Shown: one piece after another, positions 13,590-24,973 of the stretch
How the letters are laid out: each line of letters opens with the position of its first letter
Position numbering within the stretch: position 1 is the first letter of the stretch
Position numbers and translations under genes: made by a program
Notes under the pieces: model-generated
The model's input: only the letters and a program-made list of their open reading frames with translations
What the model was told of the DNA's origin: nothing
Databases searched by the model: none
NCBI GenBank assembly: GCA_030704615.1
Contig: CM060733.1
Coordinates: 64,790,001 to 64,854,000 of the forward strand
Source: Takakia lepidozioides
Lineage: Eukaryota; Plantae; Bryophyta
Direction of reading: 5' to 3'
Length of the DNA stretch: 64,000 nucleotides

Positions 13590-16030
13590 TTACTGTTTCC
13601 GAGTAGCAACCCTTTGTGAGTGAGCACCTTGTTGACGTTGAGAGTTTCGTGTGTGGGCTGTGTGTACGAGCCCGAGGTCTGTCTCTGGTGATGGAGATGG
13701 TTGATCACTAACTGGATAAGTGAGGCCTTCTGGAGGTTGATATCGAGGTAATCTTTCCGGCATAGGAGATCCCCTTTGTTTCTTCTCTTCCATCTGAATT
13801 GCATAGTCTTCTCCCATGTCAAAAGAATTTTGTGAAGAAACAGTTGTATCAGAATCCTCATCGCCTCTCAGGTGTTTTAATTTTCGAACTTTTTGTGGAA
13901 TCATCTGGGGCATACAATGCTGTCCTACCATGTCTGGAAGTTTGCATTTTACAACCTGGTGTAACCGTTGAACAGCAAAATTGGTGTAGACACTGAGCTC
14001 CTTGTCTGTCCAGATGAGTGGGGTACCAATTACTGGTGCCGCGTGCAAGTATTTCCATGCGATATGTCCTTATAGAAAATGTCATCAAGTCCGAATTTCT
14101 GTGTTGACAAATTGTTGCAGGCTGCTGAAACCATGAACGAATTTGAGAATCCTTTTGTATCATAAGTTTGGGTCATATAGGTACATATGAGGTGGCACCG
14201 AAGGTAATACCCAATGATCTCCACTGGAGTAACTTTGAAATCGTGCTTGCATCTTTTGTTGCTCTATGTGGTAACGTATCAGGAAACAAGCAGCGTAGTA
14301 TAGCCCGCACCCCATGACAATACTTGCTATCTCCTTGGTCTTGGTATAAATGAGTCCATGTACAACCTGGAAAGCAACCAATTCCCTCAACATGGTACCT
14401 GCCTCGTGCCAGTATTGTGCAAAGTGATGATCTTCAATATGTCGATTGTTTGGAAGAACTTTAGTCCTGGTTGCCACTGGCAGCCAGATACGCATGATTT
14501 GGTAGTAATGTGCGAATGACTGCGGAGGACTAAATTCTTTCCAAGCCAAATCCAACATGATGGGAATTTGGTTGAAGGGCATAATCATAGCCCTACTGTA
14601 CTCCCTGGCAGCTGGAGTTTTAGGTGGGTTAAAAGCTGCATTGCCCCATACCTCCGGCTGTGGTGGCTGTGGGTGGTTGTAGTAACCACAGGTTCAGCTA
14701 CTGGTACACTGACCTGTTGTGGTGGTGGTGGTACTGGTCCTGTACCATTGGCATCTCCTGCACCTCCTGTGAAGACTGAAAAGCCAGAGTTCTGGCTTGC
14801 AAATAAGAAGCCATTAGCTGTTCCTGAGGGATATAGACTCTTTGGTCGATGTTTGTAGTGAGGTCTTCCACTTGAGTCTGGAGTCCGTCTACATCCTCTT
14901 GTAACTCTGGATCCTACTATAGACATTGTCTATAGTAGTTGTGGCAATGTTCTGCACCTGCAGTCTGAGCTCATTCATCTCGCTTTGGGTGAGCTTCCGT
15001 GGGCTTTTGCCCTCTACGGCCCTTGTGCTAACCAGACCTGCATAAGGCTGTTATCCACCAAGCAGCTTGTGGTTCCCCTGAGTTTTAGCTTATACAATTC
15101 CAACTGCTGTTGTAAAGCCTTCATGCGCTTCGCCTGTGGCTCAACCAATTGCGCATAGGCAGCAAGTAGATTATTGGCTTCTTTCGAAGCTTGTTACTGA
15201 CCGCGATTTCATTTCTATTGGCCACGATGGTTTGTTGCAACTCCACGATGTATTTCTCATTCTCAGCTTCCATCTGCCTGTATTGCTTGAAAGTATCTTC
15301 ATTGCGACAGATTGTATTCTTCATATCGACAATGAGTTTCATGTGCTCCACATTCTCTCTTCTGCCTTCGTACATTTTTCCGCTTGACTGTTTATTTCTT
15401 TTGTTGATTGGTCAAGCATAGTTGTAAATGTAGCGCATTGTATCTCCATCCTGTTATGCACTGTCTGCAACTCCGTATGTAGTGCATTCAGTTCTTGCAA
15501 CTTGCTTTCATGCTGCACCTGCATTTGGTATAGCTGTTGCTTATGTGCTTCGTGCAACTGGTCTTGCGCAAGGCCTGCCTCAATCAATTGTTGCTTGGCC
15601 AATTGCAAAGCCATTTCTGTATTGGCCAAGTCCTGCTTCATCTTGAGAGTGACCTCTTCATCGACCTTGTTTGAACACTCAGTGGCAAGTCGAGCCTCAA
15701 ACTCCTCCTGAGTTCTTTTTCAATGCTGTCAATTGGGTATTGGAACATGGGTTTTGACATAAGTCCCCAACAAATTAAGTGTCCTGCCTATGGAATTCAT
15801 CAGCATTGCCTGTTGAGGGTCATCATGGTGAGGTTGCTGCTGTTCCTCCCGATCTTCAACAGTATGATGTCTCACTAACCATTCAGACCATTGTCCCACC
15901 GGATTTTCTTGATCATTTCTCTGGTTTTCTATTGGCTGTATCAGCTGTGACTGGATTTTAACTTTTATCTTCTTTAGTGGACTTTCCCTGTTGGATAGTC
16001 CACTAGGATCACACATGCGACATGAATTCA
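13590..16030 (-). pseudogene. Extra ORF after integrase (coiled-coil plus unknown globular region), frameshifted
   Basis: Chain of overlapping same-strand ORFs (15729-16262, 15339-15641, 15121-15375, 14585-14926, 14160-14588, 13858-14163, 13590-14048), sense to pol; Q/E/K/L-rich heptad-like segment. Confidence 0.6.
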
Positions 16031-16289
16031 GTTTTTCTGTACTTGCCGTTCGTTCTGTTTCCCTTTTTCCGTATTCATTAATGGGCCCGCCTTTCATCCC
16101 TTTTGACGGCCGTTCCAGTCCTCTTTCTTTTTGACACCTGTCCTTGCACTTCATTCTCTGCTGCGTGTCGCACCCTGACCTCCACGTGTCTATTTTTAAA
16201 TTAATTTCCGTTTCTTCTTTATTCAGCCATTTTCCTGAAGTTTTTATGTGTCCACTTGTCACTGATTCTATGGATCGTGTAACTTTAGT

Positions 16290-16743
16290 AGGCTGTGTTG
16301 AGCTGTGACAGGCTGTGTCATACTGTGTTACGCTGTGATAGGCTGTGTTGCACTGTGGTAAGCTGTGATAGGCTGTGACACGCTGCGGTAGGTTGTGATA
16401 GGCTGTGTCACGTCGTGACGGCTGTGATAGGCTGTGTCACGCCGTGCCGGACTGTGATAGGCTGTGTTGCGCCTTGCTGGGCTGTGATAGGCTGTGTCAC
16501 GCCGTGGGCTGGCTGTGATAGGCTGTGTCACGCCGTGCTGGGCTGTGATAGGCTGTGTTGCGCCTTGCTGGGCTGTGATAGGCTGTAATCATGCCGTGAT
16601 GGCTGTGATAGGCTGTGTTGCGCCTTGCTGGGTTTGTGATAGGCTGTGTCATGCCGTGATGGGCTGTGATAGGCTGTGTCACGCCGTGATGGGCTGTGAT
16701 AGGCCTGTATCACGCCGTGATGGGCTGTGATAGGCTGTGTCAC
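16290..16743. repeat. GGCTGTGATAGGCTGTGTCACGCCGTG minisatellite (~30-bp unit) between integrase and the extra ORF
   Basis: Direct tandem repeats. Confidence 0.95.
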
Positions 16744-19700
16744 GTTTGTTTTGCCCACCCCGGTCATATATACTGGGCCTAGCGACAAGTGTTCCATACT
16801 CTGTTCGTAACACTGGTGCAGCCCGTGACTGCTCTTGCGGTTCAACATGCAAATCATGCTGCAGGGGTTTTGTCATGGATACCACTGTACCCCTTCAACT
16901 TATTTGCATTGACTCTTCCAAGCATTTCTTTGTTAATGGTTTGTAACATGGCTGTGTTGTTATCATACATCTTTTGGATGACATAAGGTCCTTTCCATGG
17001 TGATTTAAGCTTAGAAGCTTGAATCTTTCCTTTCTTCTGCAACCATAGAACCAAATCCCCCGTCTTAAAAGTCTTTAATTTGCCTTCATCAAACTGTTCC
17101 TTTCGCTTCATCTGAATTCTGGTCATATTATCCGCTGCATCAGCACGTACTTCTTCCACATGGTATAATTCATGTTTCCTGACCTTGATGGAGTCTTGCA
17201 ATTCCATTCTTTTTCCCCACTCCGTTCTCATGGTAGGTAACAGGAATTCCACTGGAAGTAAGGCTTCCATACCATAAACTAATTGGAATGGTGTATACTT
17301 TGTGGTGACTTTATACGAAGTCCTGTATGACCATAAAGCTGTCAGCAGCTTTGTATCCCAATCCGTTCTGTTTGCATTGACTATCTTAGCCAAGATAGTA
17401 CATAGTATTTTGTTGGTAGCCTCTGCCTGTCCATTACCCTGTGGGTAATATGTTGTACTCTTTCTATGCACAATCATAAACTCTTTAGTCAATAACTCAA
17501 TGGTCTCATTCATGAAGTGACTTCCTTGATCACTGATAAATTCTAAGGGACATCCAAATCGTGTAAGTATGTTCTCGTACAGGAACCTTGCTGTGGACTT
17601 GGCTGTGTTGTCCCTCAAAGCTTTAGCTTCCACCCACTTGTAGTATAATCAGTGGCTGTAATTATGTACCTGTTTTGTGTATTCTTGGATGGTGGATTAA
17701 TTGGTCCAACAAAGTCTAGTCCCCATTTCTGAAATGGTTCCGTAGGCATTGTAGGATGCAAGGCCATTCTTCCAGATCTCTGCAAAGGTCCTAGCCTCTG
17801 ACATTCATCACATTTTTGACAATACTCATGTACATCTTTGAACAAAGTAGGCCACCAGTATCCTGCGAGTAGTATCTTTCTACTGGTAGTCTCTTCTCCA
17901 AAATGACCTCCAGCCACTCCTTTATGAACTTCCTCCAAGACTTTATTTACTTCATGGTGGTACAAGCATCGTTTTAGTACTCCGTCAGGTCTAACTTATA
18001 CATTCTGCTTCCTACCATAGTATAAGGTAAAGCTCTGATAGCAATTCTCTTCCTCTGCTCCTTACCATAACTAGGTGGGCACTGACCATGAACAAGGTAG
18101 TATCTGATTGGCCACTGCCAATCTAACCATTCATCTGCACTTCCTTGCACCTCCATTCAAATATAACTCGCATCAGGTAACTGATCGTCCACTCCTGTGG
18201 CGGCCTCTCCTGTTGTTAGTCGTGACAAATGATCTGCCACAAGATGCAAACGGCCAGGCTGTAAATAACCTCGACTCAAACTCATGCAAGATTATAACCA
18301 CCTCGCTATCCTTCCACTTATCAAAGGTTTTTCACCAGATATATCAGAGCCTGGTGATCCACATAAAACATAAACTTTCTTCCCAATAGGTAATGCCTGA
18401 ATTTCTTCACTGCATAGATCATTGCCAATGCTTCTCTTTCCGTTGTGCTATAGTTCCTCTCAGCACTGTTCATCAACCGGCTAGCATAGTACACAGGTGA
18501 ATCTATATTCCCTGTAACATTCTGGGCTAACACTGCTCCCAACGCTTCTCCTGATGCATCGCAGTGAACATGAAATACTACATGCCAGTGAGGGTTAATC
18601 AGCACAGGTGTAGTTGTTACTGAAAGTGTAAGTTCCTCAAACGCCTGTTGACATTCAGCTGTCCATGCAAACACTGCATCTTTCTTCAGAAGCTTGCTCA
18701 ATGGTGCTGCTATTTGTGCATACCTTTTGACAAATCTTCTGTAATAACTGGTTTGCCCAAGGAATCTCCTTAAACTCTTAACATTCACTGGTGGTGGAGA
18801 GACTTTAATGGACTCTGTCTTCCTGGGATCCACAAGGAGTCCCTTCTTACACACAATGTGTCCCAGAAGCACCCCTGAGTTCACACAGAAAGTACACTTC
18901 TCTGGGTTCAAGCCCAGACCTCTCATCCTGCATCTGGCCAGGCATAACTCCAATTTATGCAAGTGCTCATTCTTAGAGCTGTACACACTGAAATCATCCA
19001 AAAACCACCTGCATGAAATCATCCAGATACTCTTGAAAAGATTCACTTATCACTCTCTGAAAGGTCGCTGGTGCATTACAAAGCCCAAAGGGCATGACTT
19101 TGTATGCATAAGCCCCCCCGTCTGTGATGAAAGCTGTTTTCCCTTGGTCTTCTTCTGCCACTTGCACTTGATTATAACCACTGAAGCCATCCATGAATGA
19201 GTACATCTCATGGCCTGCCACAGTGTCTAATACTGCTTCTGTGAATGGCAAAGGGAAAGGATCTTTCTTCGTACAAGCATTCAGCTTCTTATAGTTCACA
19301 CATACTCTTAGTTTGCCATTCTTCTTGGGAACTATAAACAATGGGTGACAACCAAGTTGTATACTCTATTGGGTATATAAACTTAGCCTCAGCCAACTTC
19401 TTTATCTCTTCTCCAACCTTCTGTGCGTAGTTGGGATTCATTCTATACCTCGCCTGTTTGATTGGTACTGACCCTGGTTCCAGTTCAATTTTATGCTGAC
19501 AGACTTCAGGTGGTATCCCTTTTAGATCCTCATAGCTCCAAGCAAATACATCTCTGTATTTGATGAACAAGCTTTTAGCTTCTTCGAAGAACTCTGGCTC
19601 CAAATCAGCTCCTACTTTCACCATTCTCGGTTCCTCCTGAGTTCCCACATTTACTTCTCTCACCTGCTCATCAGCTGTGATTGTCCAACCAGTCACCACT

Positions 19701-21788
19701 TCATCCTTTAAGCTCACAGTGGCTGGTTCTTCTAGGATTTCTATCTCTCCCTCCTTTTCTTCATAGAAATGTGGTGGGTAACAGTTGGTTTCCTCTTCAA
19801 TTGGTGTTGCTGTCACTACACCACAGCAGATACCTCTCAAACAACTTAGGCTTTCCAGCCGCATCTCTGCAACCTGCTCCCATTCTGGGTGTGCAGCAAA
19901 TAAGGTAGCTTCCTGCTCCTCATCCAGTCCTCCCTTCCAGTCATACTCTCTGACTCCTCGAGGTCTTCTTGTCGCAGGTAATCTACTAGATTTCTTTGTG
20001 GTAATTTGTATCTCGTGCATCCCATTATGCACAGTTAGTAACTGAGAATTCCAGTCATGGAATACCCTTGCCTGTTTCAGCCACGGACGTCCCAATAATA
20101 AGGAGTAAGCCTCCATGACTTCATCATTTTTAATACAGTTACTGTGATCATAAAGATCATTTTCTGTATCTGTATCTTAACTCCTCTTATTAATCCCAAT
20201 GGCTGTACACTTCTTTGATCTGCCATTGTTACTGTAAATGGGGCTGGTTTCATGTTATTTAGACCAAGCTTCTTCCTTAATTGGTCTGTCATGATATTTA
20301 CTCCAGAACCACCATCTATCAGTACTTCAGTTAGTTCTGTGCTTCCAATTCTCAATTGGATTACTGGCATAGAATCATCAAAGTCCATGACTGGTTCTCG
20401 CCCTTCCGGCTTCACATTATAACTGGTCACCTTGCTGTTCAGGTCTGTGTTTCCTGTCTCTTGGGCAATTCGATTGATTGCCTGATACAGCCTGTGCCTA
20501 CAATAAGGTGCCACAGCTAATAGCTGTCCAATGGTAATTTCTGCTTTGGTCTGACATATTACTTCAGCCAAAGTCTCTTCATTACTTTGCCTGTCTGCAT
20601 CTTCTTTTTTCCTTTCTTCCTCCTCACTCCCCTCTTTTTCTCCATCCGAATCAGAGGAATCTGCCACAGGAATATCCGTACTCTTTTGCATTTCCCTTAT
20701 AGTATCTGCCACTTCCTTGTGCAGTTCCTTCTCATCCTTCCAAGTCTCTTCATCTTCAGGCATATCATTGCCACTTCCAGTCTCATCTTCTTCCTCTTCT
20801 ACTGGAGGTATTAGTTTGGCTTTACTTCTTGTTACTATCATTGTACTTACTTCTGGTACAACACATGGCCTAACCATGTGAGCTGCCACCACTGGGCCCT
20901 CATTCACAGGAGCTCTCATCTCATTCTGGTGTCTTATCCAGAATGAACAGGCTGCCTTGCGATGTCCTGGCTGATTACAATAGTAACATAGCTCTTCACC
21001 ATTGGGTCCTCGCCCTTGGTCTGGTCTTGGATTATTTCTATAATCCTGATTTCCGGGCTGGTAATTCCCCCTTGGATTACCCTGATAATTGCCTCTGGAA
21101 TTTCCTTGGTAATTCCCTCTTGAATTACCTCTCCCTTCCATGCCATTGTTTATAGCCACCAGACCTACCATAGTGGTCCTGATCATTGCTTCTTCTTGGC
21201 TGGGGCTGCACCTGATGCACCCTCACTTGCCTAGGTTCTCTTGCAGCTGTCCTTCTGTTGTAGTAACAATTCTCAGTAGAATGGTTATCCATTTTACAGA
21301 TAGTACAGTGTTTCTCCTTCATGTGGCATTCTGTAGTGGTATGGCCTTCATTCTGGCACTTTGCACACCATACACCCTTCCTCCAATGTGTTGCAGCCTC
21401 TGTGGCATACTTCTTCAAGATTTCTTCCAATCTTTCTCATAGTTATCCCTCTTCAACTTTTCCTTTCTCTTACTCTTTCTTTTTAGTTCTTGCTCTTCTT
21501 CTTCATCTGACTCATCTTCAGAGTCCTCATCTTCCTTTTTCTCTCTCCTGAGCATTCCCAATTGCTCAATTCTGTTTGCAGTTTCAAATGCCTCCTCCAC
21601 TGTATTATGGGGTAACATATCCACTTTCTTCTGCAACTCTGGTCTTAGTCCACTCACAAACCAAGTCTTCTGTAAACCGGGGTGCTGGTACTGCAGCCAG
21701 CTTTTTCATCATCAATTCCATCTTCTCCATATACTCTTCAACAGTTTCATGCTTCTTCTGCTTCAGCTGTTGTAAACTTCCATACACT

Positions 21789-22674
21789 AGCCGACACAGC
21801 CATCACAGCCAACACAGCCTATCACAGCCAACACAGCTCGTCACAGCCGACACAGCCAACACAGCCATCACAGCTCGTCACAGCCGACACAGCCATCACA
21901 GCCCGTCACAGCCGACACAGCCATCACAGCCCGTCACAGCCGACACAGCCAACACAGCCCGTCACAGTCGTCACAACCAGTCACAGCCCGTCACAGTTTC
22001 ACACAGCTAGTCACAACTTGACACAGCTGTCACGACCATAGGGAACGGATAGCAGGACAGGGAACGACTGTGGGGAACAACACCTGCAAATGGAACATGT
22101 TAGTTCACGGACGACGGTTAGTGAGGGAAACGGTTAGAGCCACGGGTAGGAAGATAAAGGGAGAATCAAAGACTGAGAAGGGGATCAATCTTGGAAGCAC
22201 TCGAGGGGGAGGATTCTTGGTCATGGATGAGAGGGGATCGGGCGGAGAGCAAGAACGAAAGCAAGCATGGAGAGCACGGTGAAGGAGGAGAGATGATTAG
22301 TAAATGCTTGTTATATGCAAAGCTGTAGTGATATTGTAGAGGAGATTAGAGACACAATGGCTTCGGCCTGATACCTGATAAATCATAATCTGATACTTAT
22401 ACGATACAATCACACTGTGTAGAGAGATCTGAGTGAAGCTGTGGAATGAATGGATGAGTTGATGAGCAAACTGATACTCAATTATCAATAGTAAGGTAGC
22501 TAGCTAACATGAATGCGGAAAGGAAAACAAATAGGAAACACCCCTATGATACACTAGCTGTAGGTCACGACTGATTGTTCTGAGCGGGCTGAGTACTTAG
22601 AGATTTCCAACTCTTCGATCTTGGAGTTTCCGCCTCGGATAGCGAAGGGATGGGTGAGTAAAAGCCGCGCGACA
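21789..22674 (+). repeat. 5'-truncated LTR of the A/B family in + orientation (probable 3' LTR of copy A)
   Basis: CACAGC repeats 21789-22027, then reverse complement of 12623-13243, ending AAAGCCGCGCGACA. Confidence 0.85.
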
Positions 22675-23260
22675 ACAACTACATCGCTGTCCAAAACCAC
22701 ACAACATGTATGCACACCAAACACCAGTCTATCACTAGTCCACCACTAGTGCACCACTAGGTTGCCACTAGACAACCACTAGTCACCACTAGTGCAACCA
22801 CTAGTCCACCACTAGGCTGCCACTAGCCACCGCTAGTGCAGCCACTAATCCACCGCTAGTGCAGCCACTAATCCACCACTAGTGCAGCCACTAGTCCATC
22901 AGTAGGCTGCCACTAGTCCATCACAATGATAAGGAAAGGAATGATACAAACACACAAGCTCTCTCAAACTCACATGCTTGCACATGAAAACATCACTCAT
23001 ATATTAAGTCGAGCCAAGTGCACCCCACGCCATGGGGAATCCACACTACGACGCCATAGCTAGACGTGGTGAGGCTCAACTCGAGAAAGATGAGCCCACC
23101 GCGATCTGCCGTGAAGATAACAACGCCAGGTGCCCAAACATGTATTGGCCCCTGGATTGACACTTGGGTCAATCCCAAATGTCAATATATAAAAGCTAGC
23201 TATTTCCTAGCTAACTTCACAGTAGTGGTAAAATAACTAGACAGGCCTTTAAGGCATGAC
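22675..23260 (+). repeat. Old LTR-like repeat of a third family, containing a CCACTAG minisatellite (22733-22920)
   Basis: Start ACAACTACATCGCTGTCCAAAACCACAC resembles the reverse complement of 37940-37978 (TGTCACAACCCACATCGCTGTCTAACCACAC); shared GGCTCA..AAGATGAGCC and CTAGCTAAC blocks. Right end approximate. Confidence 0.5.
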
Positions 23261-24880
23261 TTATTAGTTAGGGCAGATTGGGTGGCCCATTGCTAGGTCC
23301 ATGTCTTGGTCACTACCCCTACTGGGGCGATGGTTCGCTTTTTCACTGACTACGGTGTGTGTGCCTTATGGTGTGTCCTGGGGTTTTAATTTTTTTCCGC
23401 GAATAATTCAAATAAAATCTCTACCAGGGCCTGTGACCCCTGTTTATAAATTTAAAAAATATTTATAAACGTATAGCTAAACTAGGTATTTTATCATATT
23501 GGTGCAATTTTATCCTATAAATGCACCATATCCCTATATTTGATAATCGTTTTTCTTCTTTTTGAAAACATATAACTCTTGTGACCGGGGTTAAAAATAC
23601 GTAAAAACCTGACCTAATTTTTCCTTTGTATTTGGAGGTACCTTCCTGACCAAAACTTTCCTCCTGTTTTTGGAGGTACCTTACGTATAGGGTGAGGCGT
23701 CATCCCAAAGGGCTTCTAGTACCGAGGCCCTGTAATACGAGGACAGAGCCTGAGGATTACAGAGGCGAGGTACTGGAAGCCCCGCGGGATAATGCCTTAC
23801 CCTGCGTAAAGCCCGACGGAACCCTGCGTACGCCGTAGATCCAAGGTTGGATGAGCGGCTGGATGAGCCTCACACATTTTTCCCCGCGTTGCAAGGATCT
23901 TACGCGTAAGCTTCCGCTCACGGGGGAGCTCACACGCCCAGGAGGGAGCTCACGTGTGACGCCCTAATACCCCCCATTCTGCTCTATAACCCGTCCCATA
24001 AAGCTATCGGAAAAAATCTCATAGGGCCTTTACAGGAGTTGTAAGGTCCTGCTAGGCTGGCAGATATCTTACAAATTTGTAAGACGTTGTAAGGCCCTGC
24101 TAGGTCGGGTTTTCACGTTGGGGAAGGCCCCTCGTGTCGGGCCTTCCTGGATTTTCGGGCCCTCGCCTGGGGCTTGCGCCCTCGTATGCAGGGCCCCTCA
24201 AATCCAGGAAGGCCCTCCACTCAGGGCCCTCCCCCTACACATAAAACCCCCATGACCGCGGGTTGCGCTCACTCCGTGCTCATGTGAGCTCACGGGATAC
24301 CTCACAGGATACCAACTCCTTGCCAGGCCATGGGGCAAAGTTCCCCCTTTACACGAGCTTGCTGAAGAGGGAGGAGAATCCTAACCCTAAGCTTGTTCGG
24401 AGCATCAAAACCACAAGGCTTTCGAATGTTGTGTCTCTAAGGATCGAGGAACGTGGTTCCCAAATTCGGAACAAGTTCCCGAGGAGGTTCCCAAAATGGG
24501 AACAGAAGCGTACATAGTCTGGAAAGTAAAAAAGATGATGATGTGTTGTCCAAGCCCTGCCTTTGTTGTATCTCTTGCACGCTGAAAAGCAGGCCATACC
24601 TAGAGAGACGAAGCAAGGAAAGTAGCGGAGAAGCAGGGCGAGGAGATGGTTAAGGCAGCTAAGCAGCTAAGCGTAAGTCGACAGAATATAGTCCGGAATT
24701 GGCTACACATGGTTGATTTTGACCTCGTAGCTGCTAGTCAGGACTTATGCCCCGTAATTATACTAAAAAAAAGGAGTTGACTCTGAAACAAGCACCAGTG
24801 AGAGAGGAATAGATAGAGAGGTAGAGACGCACAGTGAGGAGGAGAAGAAGGAAATTTGCGCAGCAGATGAAAGAGAAGAG

Positions 24881-24973
24881 ATGAGGACTCTGTGCGATGT
24901 GTGCGAGGTAGCGCCAGCACGCCTGTTTTGTGCAGCAGACGAGGCTGCTCTCTGTCTCAAATGCGATGAAAAG
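24881..24973 (+). CDS. BBX19: BBX exon 1
   Basis: ATG to AAG|GTAAAT; N-half of B-box 1. Confidence 0.92.

Larger units (their letters stand above)
12623..21788 (-). mobile_element. Non-chromovirus Ty3/Gypsy copy B, same family as A, opposite strand, 5' LTR and gag start missing
   Basis: Minus-strand gag (20077-21787), PR, RT/RH (18321-20116), integrase (16854-17965), extra ORF region, PPT and 3' LTR; proteins nearly identical to A with independent substitutions. Confidence 0.95.

Noticed and set aside
16290-16743. CRISPR-like regular repeats (also 39400-41940)
   Set aside because: No unique spacers, no cas genes, eukaryotic TE context.
12623-22674. DIRS-like or TIR element suggested by inverted terminal repeats
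   Set aside because: Encodes a DDE integrase and has a PPT, with no tyrosine recombinase; better explained by nesting plus deletion.
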